Sequence record: SRR22947727_1221
Length of the DNA: 37,757 nucleotides
Strand: one strand, 5' to 3'
Shown in pieces: positions 1 to 9,940 of this stretch. Positions within the stretch are counted from its first letter, which is position 1, and every line of letters begins with the position of its first letter. The notes below the pieces were generated by a model. That model did not search any database. It had not been told where the DNA came from and saw only the letters and a program-made list of their open reading frames with translations. The translations under genes were made by a program, and so were the position numbers.

Positions 1-1
1 G

Positions 2-586
2 CAATGTCGTTGGCGCGAGCAAGACGCTGCTTTTGCAGTGGCTTTGGCTGACGCGGTCATCAGCGGGTTTTATGACACTGACAACGGCGGGTTTTTCTTC
101 AGTCATGAAGACCAAGCGCACCTAATTTTTAGGCCCAAGCCGACCTTAGATGAGTCAGTGCCGCCGGGCAACGCCACTTTAGCCCAAGCGCTCACTCGCC
201 TTGGACACCTATTGGGCAACACCGAGTACTTGGATGTAGCGACCAATACCTTGCGCTGGGCCAGGGCGATTATGGAACAGTACCCGTCTAGCCATTATGG
301 GCTGATCACCGCTTTGGAAGAGGCTAACGAATCTCTTGTGCAGATTATATTGCGTGGCCCTGTTGAAGAAATGCAGGCTTGGAAGCAGGCTGTTGGCAAC
401 AACTACGCGCCGTGGCGCAGTTGCTATGCAATACCCTTTGACGACACCAAAACCGTGCCCAGCTACTTACCCGGGCTTGTCAGTTCGGAGACCAAAAATA
501 AGGTCAGCGCCTTTATCTACGATGGGACAGAGTGCTCTAAGCCGATAACCGACTTAGAAGCGTTCAAAAAAGTGCTGATTGATTAA
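2..586 (+). CDS. Thioredoxin-domain / six-hairpin glycosidase-like protein (YyaL/SSP411 family), C-terminal part; 5' end outside the window
   Basis: Frame is open from base 2. Motifs FYDTDNGGFFFS, RPKPTLDESVPPGNA and the C-terminal C-S-K-P-I-T-D resemble the YyaL family. Confidence 0.85.
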   Translation, partial: QCRWREQDAAFAVALADAVISGFYDTDNGGFFFSHEDQAHLIFRPKPTLDESVPPGNATLAQALTRLGHLLGNTEYLDVATNTLRWARAIMEQYPSSHYGLITALEEANESLVQIILRGPVEEMQAWKQAVGNNYAPWRSCYAIPFDDTKTVPSYLPGLVSSETKNKVSAFIYDGTECSKPITDLEAFKKVLID

Positions 587-627
587 ATTGAGGTAGCGGC
601 GATCACAGAGGCTAACCCGTGCCTGGT

Positions 628-655
628 CATCAGTGGCTGGCCATCAGTGGCTGGC
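628..655. repeat. 14-bp tandem duplication CATCAGTGGCTGGC x2
   Basis: Exact copies at 628-641 and 642-655. Confidence 0.9.
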
Positions 656-671
656 CAATTGCAGCCACTGA
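644..671. terminator. Hairpin between convergent genes (possible bidirectional terminator)
   Basis: TCAGTGGCTG (644-653) pairs with CAGCCACTGA (662-671). No clear U-tract. Confidence 0.4.
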
Positions 672-695
672 ACTCTAAAGCCGTCCTCTAGCTGA

Positions 696-2198
696 CTAGG
701 AAGATTGGCTGGCGTGCCACGCTAAATCAAGTTCGCGCGCTGCTTTAACATCGTCCAACCGTCTCACCGGCGTGGTGTAAGGGGCCAGTTTCACAAACTC
801 TTGGTCCGCTTCGGCTTCCGCCTTAACCTTAATCAGCGCTTCCACAAAAGCGTCTAACTCTTCCTTACTTTCTGTTTCTGTAGGTTCCACAAGAAAGCAC
901 TCTGGCACTAACAGCGGGAAGTAAGTTGTTGGCGAGTGCACACCGTAATCTAACAAACGCTTGGCTATATCCATGGCATTAACGCCAATGGTTTTTGCTT
1001 CCTTTTGAAAGGTCAAAATAAACTCGTGAGTTGCACGCCTTTCTGGGTACGCCAATTGGAACCCCGCTTTGGCAAATCGCGCGGCCATATAGTTGGCATT
1101 CAATGTGGCAAATTGCCCAACACGATGCATGCCTTCACGGCCCAATAGCAGCGCATAGGCTAATGCTCGAAGCAAAATACCTGCGTTACCAGAAAAGCCA
1201 GACAGCGTGCCAATACTCAACGGTAGGTCTTCTTTGCCCATCCAGCGATAACCGTTGTCGTTCTTTTCTACTACAGGAATTGGCAAATGCGGAAGTAAGC
1301 GTTCGCTAACGCCTACTGGACCCGCACCGGGTCCGCCCCCACCATGAGGTGTAGCAAAGGTTTTGTGCAAATTCATGTGCAATACATCGAACCCCATATC
1401 ACCCGGCTTAACCTTACCCAAAATGGCATTGAGATTAGCGCCATCATAATAAAGAAGGCCCCCGGCACCATGCACGGTTTCGGCTATTTCTTGAACCTGA
1501 CGCTCGAATACGCCGCAGGTAGAAGGGTTGGTCATCATCAGACCCGCTGTCTGGGGACCTACTTTCTCTTTTAGCGCAGCGAGGTCTACATCACCATCTG
1601 CGTTCACCGGCACTTCGGTGACCTTGTAACCGCACATGACCGCAGTGGCAGGATTAGTACCGTGCGCGGCAATAGGCACAATGATTTCGGTACGCGCGTC
1701 ATCGCCACGAGCCTCGTGGTAGGCACGAATCATGGCAACACCAGCGAACTCACCTTGAGCGCCGGCCATTGGCGCAAGGGATACACCTTTCATGCCGGTG
1801 ACGTCTTTCAAAATTTCCTGCAAATCAAACATGCAAGCTAGGTGTCCCTGGCTGGCAGCTTCAGGTGCCAAGGGGTGACGACCTAGAAATCCCGGCATGC
1901 TGGCGGCTTTATGCGCGCCGCGCGGATTGTATTTCATGGTGCAAGAACCCAGCGGATAGAACTGGGTGTCGATGGAGAAATTTTGCTGAGACAAATTGGT
2001 GAAGTGTCTGACCACCTGCAATTCAGAAACCTCCGGCAACTGCGGTGGCTGCTCGCGCAAAAAACTCTGGGGAATATCAGCTAAGTCAGCGTCCTTAGTC
2101 CCATCTACTCTTTGCGCCATAGCGCGCCGACCAGCGGAGCTGCGCTCAAATATTGTTTTACCCTGATCGGCTTTAATTGTTGGATCCATATTTAGCAT
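696..2198 (-). CDS. gcvPB: Glycine dehydrogenase (decarboxylating) subunit 2
   Basis: Motifs [22 protein letters not shown] and the PLP-lysine motif [18 protein letters not shown]. Start set at ATG 2198, which has GGAG 8 nt upstream. Confidence 0.96.
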   Translation of the reverse strand: MLNMDPTIKADQGKTIFERSSAGRRAMAQRVDGTKDADLADIPQSFLREQPPQLPEVSELQVVRHFTNLSQQNFSIDTQFYPLGSCTMKYNPRGAHKAASMPGFLGRHPLAPEAASQGHLACMFDLQEILKDVTGMKGVSLAPMAGAQGEFAGVAMIRAYHEARGDDARTEIIVPIAAHGTNPATAVMCGYKVTEVPVNADGDVDLAALKEKVGPQTAGLMMTNPSTCGVFERQVQEIAETVHGAGGLLYYDGANLNAILGKVKPGDMGFDVLHMNLHKTFATPHGGGGPGAGPVGVSERLLPHLPIPVVEKNDNGYRWMGKEDLPLSIGTLSGFSGNAGILLRALAYALLLGREGMHRVGQFATLNANYMAARFAKAGFQLAYPERRATHEFILTFQKEAKTIGVNAMDIAKRLLDYGVHSPTTYFPLLVPECFLVEPTETESKEELDAFVEALIKVKAEAEADQEFVKLAPYTTPVRRLDDVKAARELDLAWHASQSS

Positions 2199-2202
2199 TT
2201 GA

Positions 2203-3612
2203 TCAGCTCCCTGCCTGTGCATTATTCGACCCAGCGTTTGCTTGCAAAACTTGAGTCAACAGCGCGACGTATTTTTCTATTTCGGCATTTGTGCGTTTTT
2301 CTGTAACTGCCACTAACAAGCCGTGTTCAGCGTGGTCTAGGTTGCCATCACTGAAATCTGAAAGTACCAGTCCTGGCAAAACGCCTTCAGCCATCATGGC
2401 TTCAACCACTTGAACCGCCGGTATCGGTAAACGCAGAGCAAACTCATGGAAGAAAGGTCCTGTGAAGAATTCTTCTACCCCGTCAATTTGCAGCAGTCGC
2501 CGCTGTAACTCCACCGCTCGGCGGTGACAGGTGAGCGCTGTTTCACGAATACCTTGGGGGCCCATCAAACTCATATAAATGGTACCCGCGGTGACTAGCA
2601 GCCCCTGATTAGTACAAATGTTTGATGTGGCCTTGCCGCGACGAATATGCTGCTCCCGCGCCTGCAAAGTCAGTGCATAACCCGTGCGTCCGTCCAAATC
2701 TTCGGTCTTACCGATAATCCGGCCCGGCAGTTGGCGCATGAACTCTTTACGCGAACAGATAAACCCAAATGAAGGGCCACCTGAGGCCATAGGCACACCG
2801 AAGGGTTGCCCATCACCGCAAACGATATCGGCACCTTTCTCACCCCATTCACTGGGCGGCTTGAGCACACCTAAAGACATTGGATTGACCACTGCAATAA
2901 CCAAAGTATTTTGCTCGTGAGCCCAGTTGGTTAACGCATCTACATCTTCCATGCGACCGAAGAAGTTTGGCTGCTGGATGACAATGGCACCTGGGGCAGT
3001 GCCGTCTGCCGCGATGCTTGCAAGTGCAGACATATCGAGCACACCACCCTTGCCCAAAGGCAGGGCTTCAATAATTACATTTTGATTTTGCACAATATTG
3101 CGCGTGGTTTGGGTGTAATGGGGGTGCACTGTCTGGGCGATTAACACTCGACCAGATTTGTTTTTCTTATTGGCGCGTATGGCCATCAACACTGCTTCGG
3201 CAAGGCCACTGGCCCCGTCATAAACCGAGGCGTTAGAAACATCCATGCCGGTTAACGCGACCATCATGGATTGATATTCATAGATCAGCTGCAAGGTGCC
3301 TTGACTCGCTTCGGCCTGGTAAGGCGTATACGCGGTCATGAATTCGCCGCGCGTGGTTAAATCCCACACTGCCGAGGGAATGTGATGGTCATAACTGCCA
3401 CCCCCAAGAAAACAGGTATAGCCCTGATCTTGCTCGGCCCGCTCAGCCATGTGCTGCAACATCGCCAACTCGCTCATACCCTCAGGCACGTGATCTAGCC
3501 GATCACTGGTCAGCTCATTAGGTATTTCATCGAACAATGAATCAATATCTGGCACACCGATTTCTGCCAACATGTCATCAACATCCGCCTGGGTATGGGG
3601 GATAAAGGGCAT
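2203..3612 (-). CDS. gcvPA: Glycine dehydrogenase (decarboxylating) subunit 1
   Basis: Motifs [28 protein letters not shown] and [20 protein letters not shown]. Confidence 0.96.
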   Translation of the reverse strand: MPFIPHTQADVDDMLAEIGVPDIDSLFDEIPNELTSDRLDHVPEGMSELAMLQHMAERAEQDQGYTCFLGGGSYDHHIPSAVWDLTTRGEFMTAYTPYQAEASQGTLQLIYEYQSMMVALTGMDVSNASVYDGASGLAEAVLMAIRANKKNKSGRVLIAQTVHPHYTQTTRNIVQNQNVIIEALPLGKGGVLDMSALASIAADGTAPGAIVIQQPNFFGRMEDVDALTNWAHEQNTLVIAVVNPMSLGVLKPPSEWGEKGADIVCGDGQPFGVPMASGGPSFGFICSRKEFMRQLPGRIIGKTEDLDGRTGYALTLQAREQHIRRGKATSNICTNQGLLVTAGTIYMSLMGPQGIRETALTCHRRAVELQRRLLQIDGVEEFFTGPFFHEFALRLPIPAVQVVEAMMAEGVLPGLVLSDFSDGNLDHAEHGLLVAVTEKRTNAEIEKYVALLTQVLQANAGSNNAQAGS

Positions 3613-3747
3613 TTAACTCTCCGGAAAATTGCAATATCAGCCCACTGCTAATGCAGCGGGTCGAATCAAGGATTTATCTTTTTAATTACATCTAGCGGCT
3701 TTTTGCTAGCGGGCAGCCGCCAGCGCTTTACCGCAAGTGGTTTAGCG

Positions 3748-4143
3748 CTAATGGTCCTCTGCGTCACACACTTCGGCGTAAGCTTCAGCATCTAAAAGCT
3801 CATCAAGGTCGGCGAGATCTTGCGGCTGGAGCTTAAAAAACCAGCCTTCTCCATAGGGGTCTTCATTTACAGTTTCCGGGGCATCGTCTAGCTTCGGATT
3901 GACCTCTATGACTTCGCCGCGAATTGGCGAGTAAATGTCAGACGCCGCTTTCACAGATTCAACAACGCCAGCCTCTTCGCCTTCTGAAATGGTCAAGCCC
4001 AACTCTGGCATCTCTACAAACACCACGTCGCCTAACGCTTGTTGAGCATGATCACTAATGCCCACTGTAACGGTGCCATCTTCTTCAAGGCGAGCCCACT
4101 CGTGGGTTGCCGCGTATTTCATTTCATTGGGGATTTCACTCAT
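3748..4143 (-). CDS. gcvH: Glycine cleavage H protein
   Basis: HEW motif and lipoyl-lysine motif [23 protein letters not shown]. Confidence 0.98.
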   Translation of the reverse strand: MSEIPNEMKYAATHEWARLEEDGTVTVGISDHAQQALGDVVFVEMPELGLTISEGEEAGVVESVKAASDIYSPIRGEVIEVNPKLDDAPETVNEDPYGEGWFFKLQPQDLADLDELLDAEAYAEVCDAEDH

Positions 4144-4375
4144 GGAGCTATACCTTTTCTCTGACTGTTAGGAACGTGTGATCTTTTAAACTGCGCCAAG
4201 GTTCGACGCCACTAATACTTTACGGGCAAAACGTGTTCTATCATGGGACGCCTTCGCGCGCTATATTTTGCCCGTTTTAGCAATTGCTCGCCTAGCTTTA
4301 TTTGTTCTACAAAAGCTTTTCTTTGCACTTTGCTAGAGCAATTGGCCTCCGCTCACTTGCAAAAACTTATCCGTT

Positions 4376-5449
4376 TCAGCTGGTCTTTTTGGCCACTACA
4401 TCTTTGCCCTTGCGAACAAAGGGCGGCTTAACCAAACGCGCTTTCTTCATCTTGCCGCGAATGTCCACTTGGCAGTCACCGCTGGCATCAGCAGGCACGC
4501 GCGCCAAACCAATACTGTATTCAAGACTGGGGGAATAGGTGCCGCTGGTAATAATGCCATCACCTGCATTTGTAATGACTTTCTGGTCGTGGCGTAAAAT
4601 GCCTTTATCCTCTAACACTAGGCCAACCAGCTTTTCCCCGACATTTCCGCGCTGCGCCTCTATGGCTGAACGGCCAATAAAGTCTCGCTCAGAGGGATTC
4701 CAAGCAACGGTCCAGCCAATGTTGCTGACTAGCGGTGAGGTGGTTTCGTCCATATCCTGACCGTATAAATTCAGACCCGCCTCCAAGCGCAGGGTATCCC
4801 GAGCGCCCAAACCTGCAGGGGCGACGCCAACGTCACGCAATTGCTGCCACAGCTTTATACCTTGCTCGACGGGGAGCATGACCTCTACGCCATCTTCACC
4901 GGTGTACCCTGTTCTACCGATCAGCCAATCACCAAAAGCCATGGCATAAAAAGGCTTTAGCTCACTCAAGTTTGGAATGTCGGCAACTTCAGATAATCGC
5001 TGAATTGCCTTTGGGCCTTGAACCGCAATCATAATTTGCGGCTTATGCGCAAAAGTCATGTTGGCGTAAGCATGCACACCAAACCAATCTAGAACTTTTT
5101 GCCGAGTGGAGGCATTAACTACACAGCGAAAGCTATTTTCTAAACGGTAGACAATCAGGTCGTCTAATATGCCGCCTTGCTCATTAAGCAACGCACTATA
5201 AAGAGCCTGATATTCTAACAACGAAGCTACGTCGTTGGCTATTGTGGTGCGCAAAAACGCTTCAGCATCTGGACCCTCTATATCGATAATGGTCATGTGC
5301 GATACGTCGAACATACCCGCGTCTGTGCGCACCGCCGTGTGTTCTTCAATCTGCGAGCCATAGTTAACCGGCATAATCCAACCAGCAAAATCGACCATGC
5401 GCCCACCGGCGGCTAAATGTGATTCGTATAGGGGCGTTTTTTCTGTCAT
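4376..5449 (-). CDS. gcvT: Glycine cleavage aminomethyltransferase T
   Basis: Motifs GMFDVSHM, RTGYTGEDG and GLGARDTLRLEAG. Confidence 0.98.
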   Translation of the reverse strand: MTEKTPLYESHLAAGGRMVDFAGWIMPVNYGSQIEEHTAVRTDAGMFDVSHMTIIDIEGPDAEAFLRTTIANDVASLLEYQALYSALLNEQGGILDDLIVYRLENSFRCVVNASTRQKVLDWFGVHAYANMTFAHKPQIMIAVQGPKAIQRLSEVADIPNLSELKPFYAMAFGDWLIGRTGYTGEDGVEVMLPVEQGIKLWQQLRDVGVAPAGLGARDTLRLEAGLNLYGQDMDETTSPLVSNIGWTVAWNPSERDFIGRSAIEAQRGNVGEKLVGLVLEDKGILRHDQKVITNAGDGIITSGTYSPSLEYSIGLARVPADASGDCQVDIRGKMKKARLVKPPFVRKGKDVVAKKTS

Positions 5450-5555
5450 TGCCTACTCTTTTGCTGATGGATACAGATTTATATTTGAGGCCACTTTACC
5501 TAGCAATCAGTTGCCTAGTTTTTCCGAACTCAGAGCCTTCGCGTAAACGAAATAT

Positions 5556-6809
5556 TCAGTGCTTAGACCTAAGGCCCATTGCCTCGCGTATCACCTGACG
5601 CTTGAGCCACGCCTGATTATTAAAAATCCCAACACCGACATTGCGCAACCAACTGATTGCTGGCTTGTCTTGGGCATAAAGGCGCTTTAATCCGTCTAAT
5701 GCTCTGAGCATAGATTCTGAGCGCAAGTGCCGTTGTCGTGCAAATTTATTCAACCCTGAACTGGGGTCATCGAGAAGAAAATGCGGATTAGCATGAATTA
5801 TTTTCAACAGTTCAGCGATGTCTTCAAACCCAAGATTTACGCCAAGGCCTGCTAATGGATGAACGACTCTGAGCGCATCGCCAATAAGCACCACTCTGGG
5901 GTGCGGCATGGCTGTTTGCGCTAACTGCTGGCGCAAAGGAAATGCTTGGCGCTGGGCCACCGCTTGAATCTGCCCCAACCGACGTTCAAAAGCGTGCTCT
6001 AGCTCGCGACAAAAGGCTGCGTCGCTGAGCGCAAGCCGGCGCTGACACGCGGCTTCGGATTGGGACCAAACCACAGAACATAAATGGGCATCGTTTGCGG
6101 GCAATAAAGCCAGCGGGCCGTCTACCAGAAATCTCTGCCAAGCTGTATTTTCGTGGACGTTTTCGGTTCGCACAATTGTGGTTAACGCCATTTGCCCAGT
6201 GGGTATAAGCGTTGCTGGCACACCTAATGATTTGCGTACAACAGATTCGGCGCCATCAGCAGCAATGACTAGATCTACGACTACGTGCTTTACGTCGTCT
6301 TGCTGTTGAATTGCTAGAGTAACTTTTTCGCTGTGCTGGTCTTTCGATTCATCTTGCAACGGCGTTTTGGGGTCCGGCGTCTTGATACTCTGCACTTGAC
6401 CCAAAACCACATCAATTTGGCCAGCCTGGGCTTGTACCTGCTGCCAGAGTCCAGCCAATAAGGGCGCCACTTGAACAATCCAACCCAGGGAGGGTCGATC
6501 AACCTCTGCCGCATCAAAAAGCAAATCGTTTACACCCCACTGTTCCCAAATTTTCATGCTGTCGTAAGCAGCGGCAAACGCCTCTGGCCATACGCCAACA
6601 CTCTGTAACAGCTCAGCCGAGGCCGGTGAAAGGGCCACGTTGCGTATGTCCATCCCTAGACCAACTGGGCCTGGTTGAGGGGCCTGCCGGTCAATCAAAG
6701 TCACCTTGTAACCTTGCTTGGCCAATAACAAAGCCGCCGTGGCACCCACTGGACCAGCGCCGACAACAGCTAAATGAATCTGAGGTATTTGAGCGGGTGA
6801 ATTAGTCAC
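5556..6809 (-). CDS. UbiH/UbiF/UbiI(VisC) family flavin monooxygenase, ubiquinone biosynthesis (most like UbiI/VisC)
   Basis: Motifs VVGAGPVG, AADGAESVVR, AWQRFLVDGPLALLP and GDALRVVHPLAGLGVNLG. Sits downstream of pepP with a GTGA overlap. Confidence 0.88.
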   Translation of the reverse strand: MTNSPAQIPQIHLAVVGAGPVGATAALLLAKQGYKVTLIDRQAPQPGPVGLGMDIRNVALSPASAELLQSVGVWPEAFAAAYDSMKIWEQWGVNDLLFDAAEVDRPSLGWIVQVAPLLAGLWQQVQAQAGQIDVVLGQVQSIKTPDPKTPLQDESKDQHSEKVTLAIQQQDDVKHVVVDLVIAADGAESVVRKSLGVPATLIPTGQMALTTIVRTENVHENTAWQRFLVDGPLALLPANDAHLCSVVWSQSEAACQRRLALSDAAFCRELEHAFERRLGQIQAVAQRQAFPLRQQLAQTAMPHPRVVLIGDALRVVHPLAGLGVNLGFEDIAELLKIIHANPHFLLDDPSSGLNKFARQRHLRSESMLRALDGLKRLYAQDKPAISWLRNVGVGIFNNQAWLKRQVIREAMGLRSKH

Positions 6810-8137
6810 TGGGCTTGCATCAACTGTTCAATGGCGCTGGTTTCTTTTGCAACAGATTTGCTGAGCACATCACAACCGTTGTCGGTAATCAGTACATCGT
6901 CTTCAATACGAATGCCCATACCTATGTATTGTTCCGGCACATTGGCACTCGCGGCGTCGCTTGGAATATAAATTCCTGGTTCTATGGTTAACACCATACC
7001 CGGTTCTAACGGTCGCCATGCGTCATGAAAGCGATAGTCGCCCACATCGTGAACATCAATGCCCAACCAGTGAGAACTCTTATGTGGGCAAAAAACCAGA
7101 TAGCTGCCGTCCGCAATGAGCTGATCAGCATCGCCATGCAGAATACCCAGCTCAATCAACCCTTGTACCATGACATTTACCGCAGCCTCATGGGGCGCAT
7201 TGAAATGCTCGCCCGGACGACACAGTTCAATGGCCGCCAAATTGGCGGCAAGCACGACATCATAAATTTCTTTTTGCGCCGCGGAATAATGTCCATTGAC
7301 CGGGAAGGTGCGCGTAATGTCTCCGGCATAGTGCTGATACTCACAGCCGGCATCAATAAGCACTAGCTCACCAGCAGTTAACGCGCAGTTATTATTAACG
7401 TAGTGCAGCACACAGGCATTTTCGCCACCGCCCACAATAGAGGGATACGCTGCCGCAACTGCGCCACTGCGCATAAATTCGTAAACCAACTCGGCTTCTA
7501 GCTCACTCTCTAACATGCCTGGGCGAACACTTTGCATGGCGCGCAGGTGCGCATTAGCACTGATTTCTACCGCTTGGCGCATCACTTGAATTTCTGCCGC
7601 TGATTTATAAAGACGGTGCTCGTGTAATAAGTGCTTGAGCGAAACAAACTCTCCCGGCGGCTGAGCGCCGCCAGATTCGCGGCCGCGAATATGCGCCACA
7701 TAACTTAATACCCGAGCATCAAACGCAGGATATTCGCCCATGGTCATGTATATGCGATGGCGACTTTCGAGCAGGCCGGGCAAAATTTCGTCTTCATCTG
7801 CCACTGGAAAAGCATCGTCCACACCAATGTGCGCTATTGCTGCTTCCGGCCCCAAAATTGCGCCGTCTCGTTGCTCTAGCTTTGGGTCTTTTTCGCGGCA
7901 AAATAAAATGCTTTCGCCCTGCTCCCGCAACGGCACTAAAACGAGCAGTGCATCAGGTTCACAAAAACCTGTTAGGTAATAAAAATCACTGTCTTGTCGG
8001 AAGGGGTAGAAAATATCACGATTGCGACGTTGCTGGGTTGCGCCGGGAATTACGGCAATGGAGCCAGGCTCCATTTCATTCATCAGCCGTCTGCGGCGAC
8101 GCGCATACTCACTCGAACTGATCGAGACCACACTCAA
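6806..8137 (-). CDS. pepP: Xaa-Pro aminopeptidase P
   Basis: Motifs FRQDSDFYYLTG, DITRTFP, HWLGIDVHD, TIEPGIY and GIRIEDD. Confidence 0.97.
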   Translation of the reverse strand: MSVVSISSSEYARRRRRLMNEMEPGSIAVIPGATQQRRNRDIFYPFRQDSDFYYLTGFCEPDALLVLVPLREQGESILFCREKDPKLEQRDGAILGPEAAIAHIGVDDAFPVADEDEILPGLLESRHRIYMTMGEYPAFDARVLSYVAHIRGRESGGAQPPGEFVSLKHLLHEHRLYKSAAEIQVMRQAVEISANAHLRAMQSVRPGMLESELEAELVYEFMRSGAVAAAYPSIVGGGENACVLHYVNNNCALTAGELVLIDAGCEYQHYAGDITRTFPVNGHYSAAQKEIYDVVLAANLAAIELCRPGEHFNAPHEAAVNVMVQGLIELGILHGDADQLIADGSYLVFCPHKSSHWLGIDVHDVGDYRFHDAWRPLEPGMVLTIEPGIYIPSDAASANVPEQYIGMGIRIEDDVLITDNGCDVLSKSVAKETSAIEQLMQAQ

Positions 8138-8679
8138 TCAGCTGCTTGCTGAGCTTGATGCTCATCCATTAGCGCCATGATCAACACAACACTAACGCGT
8201 ATGTATTCATAGATTTCCATAAGTGAAGCTTCGCTTTCTTCAATGTCTTCTGGATCAAAACGTTCCTCTTCGGCGTAATCCGCCGCATCCATGCCTGAGA
8301 TGCCCGCGAAATCGCGGATGATTTCTTGCACATCTATCGGTAATTCGTCTCTAGAGGCATTCAGTCCTGCTGCGAAACCAGCCAAAAACCCGCCGGTCCA
8401 TTCAACAACGCCTTCAACTCTGTTGGACAGCGATTCGTCATCATCGGGAATAAGCGGCGCGAATGACATGTCCTGATCATAAAGTTGATCCAGTGCATCC
8501 GTAATAAAGACGCCCAAAGCGGCTTCATCGGTCAGTGTATCCGGGCCTGCCAGCGCGACTAGGTCGGCTACAACAAACTCTGGCGTACCATTCACAGCCA
8601 TACCGCACACCATGCCATGCAATTCTGCCGGCATAAGAGAGGTAGATGCGAGTTCTGCTTTTACAAATAAGTCTGTCAC
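8134..8679 (-). CDS. ygfB: UPF0149 family protein (YgfB-like)
   Basis: Motifs PAELHGMVCG, WTGGFLAGF and EIYEYIRV; conserved position upstream of pepP. Confidence 0.9.
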   Translation of the reverse strand: MTDLFVKAELASTSLMPAELHGMVCGMAVNGTPEFVVADLVALAGPDTLTDEAALGVFITDALDQLYDQDMSFAPLIPDDDESLSNRVEGVVEWTGGFLAGFAAGLNASRDELPIDVQEIIRDFAGISGMDAADYAEEERFDPEDIEESEASLMEIYEYIRVSVVLIMALMDEHQAQQAAD

Positions 8680-8756
8680 GTCAGTAGGGGCTACACAAAA
8701 GAATCTAAACGGCGCAAACTATCCCCTACTCTTAGCCTAATTGCCAGTTGCGCGTC

Positions 8757-8978
8757 ATGACAGATCCACTATTTCCAAATGAAGAACTTAATCGTCTCGA
8801 GCGACAGGTCGACAACCTTATTGCCTTGGTACATCTGCTTGGGAATGAGAACAAAGCGTTGAAGACACAGCAAAGCAATTGGACCGTTGAACGCGCCAAA
8901 CTCATTGAAAAAAATGAGCTGGCCAAGAACCGTGTGGAGTCAATGATTGGCCGACTTAAGGCCCTTGAGAAAGACTGA
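8757..8978 (+). CDS. Small coiled-coil ZapB-like protein (TIGR02449 type)
   Basis: ERAKLIEKNELAKNRVESMIGRLKALE; lies between ygfB and zapA. Confidence 0.9.
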   Translation: MTDPLFPNEELNRLERQVDNLIALVHLLGNENKALKTQQSNWTVERAKLIEKNELAKNRVESMIGRLKALEKD

Positions 8979-9102
8979 CCACCAACCAGGGCAGGCGCGC
9001 CTTGCTCTGATAAAACAGACCAGCAAGAGATAATCTTAAGTTAATCGACAGATAACCAAAAGATACGGACAACCCCAATACCAGCCGAAGGGCCAGTGAC
9101 TT

Positions 9103-9411
9103 ATGAGCAACGACTTAACCACCCTAACCATCAAAATAATGGACAAGGAATACAAAATTTCTTGCCCCGCTGAGGAAGAGGATGCGTTGAAACGTTCTGC
9201 ACGCTACTTAAATGAGCAAATGACGGAAATTCGCTCCACTGGCAAGGTTGTAGGCGTTGACCGCGTGGCGGTCATGGCGGCACTGAACATCACTAATGAT
9301 TTATTAATGGGCAGCAAAAACGCCAGCTCAACGCAAGACGTCACTAATAGACGCGTGAAGATGCTCAACGAAAAAATTGCCAGCGCCCTGCCGACCATGG
9401 GGCAAACGTAG
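9103..9411 (+). CDS. zapA: Cell division protein ZapA
   Basis: Motifs IMDKEYKISCP and GKVVGVDRVAVMAALNI. Confidence 0.95.
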   Translation: MSNDLTTLTIKIMDKEYKISCPAEEEDALKRSARYLNEQMTEIRSTGKVVGVDRVAVMAALNITNDLLMGSKNASSTQDVTNRRVKMLNEKIASALPTMGQT

Positions 9412-9694
9412 GCGCCACTCAAGTACGCCTGGGCTTTGCTTTCATAAAAGGCTCAGCGGGCCCTTATTAACCACCGCTTCGTCCTTACCACCCGCCCTTA
9501 TTGCAGGATTGCTGATCGCTGCCCAAATCTTTGCTTCGCGTTAGTCTAATGGTGACCTACTAACTAGTAGTGCCGGCACAGCCAAGTATTTATCGCAGGC
9601 CCTTTCTAGTTAACGTGCTCTATCTCCTCGGAAAAAGGGGCGAATTGACCATTCAGTGTCTTTAATTTAGTTAAAAGATTAGCGAAGTTCGCTG

Positions 9695-9722
9695 TTTGCC
9701 TCGGGCACAAAATCGTTATACT
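9695..9722 (+). promoter_or_regulatory. Candidate sigma70 promoter for 6S RNA
   Basis: TATACT at 9717-9722, about 7 nt before the 6S closing stem. -35-like TTTGCC/TTGCCT at 9695-9701 with a short spacer of 15-16 nt. Confidence 0.5.
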
Positions 9723-9726
9723 GAGC

Positions 9727-9903
9727 GCGCTCCTGGGATGTTAGCCAGTGGTCGAGTCCTTGAGCCGTTAAATATACGTCAGGAGTTTCTCCGCAGAGTC
9801 GGTGTGCATACCCAACCTTATGGGCCGCCTTAGATTCTGCTTGATTCTCCGCCTTGAGCTTCGACGGTTCAGGGCAAACCAACAGCGGCATTTCCGGGAG
9901 CAC
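9727..9903 (+). ncRNA. ssrS: 6S RNA
   Basis: About 177 nt between zapA and ygfA. The 5' GCTCCTGGGATG pairs with the 3' CATTTCCGGGAGC. Contains 6S-like segments CCTTGAGCCG and GCCTTGAGC...GGTTCAGGG. Confidence 0.93.
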
Positions 9904-9940
9904 TTTTTAATTGTCTCTAGTCATCACTAGACCCTTCACT

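Noticed and set aside
2198..2222. gcvP split as a frameshift pseudogene
   Set aside because: Both halves have termini typical of the natural PA/PB subunits, and gcvPB has its own RBS.
5450..5555. Glycine riboswitch upstream of gcvT
   Set aside because: The spacer is only 106 bp and lacks the GGAGA...CCGAAG...CTCAGG aptamer pattern on the minus strand.
9679..9903. 74-aa minus-strand ORF
   Set aside because: It is antisense to 6S RNA and has no recognisable protein features.
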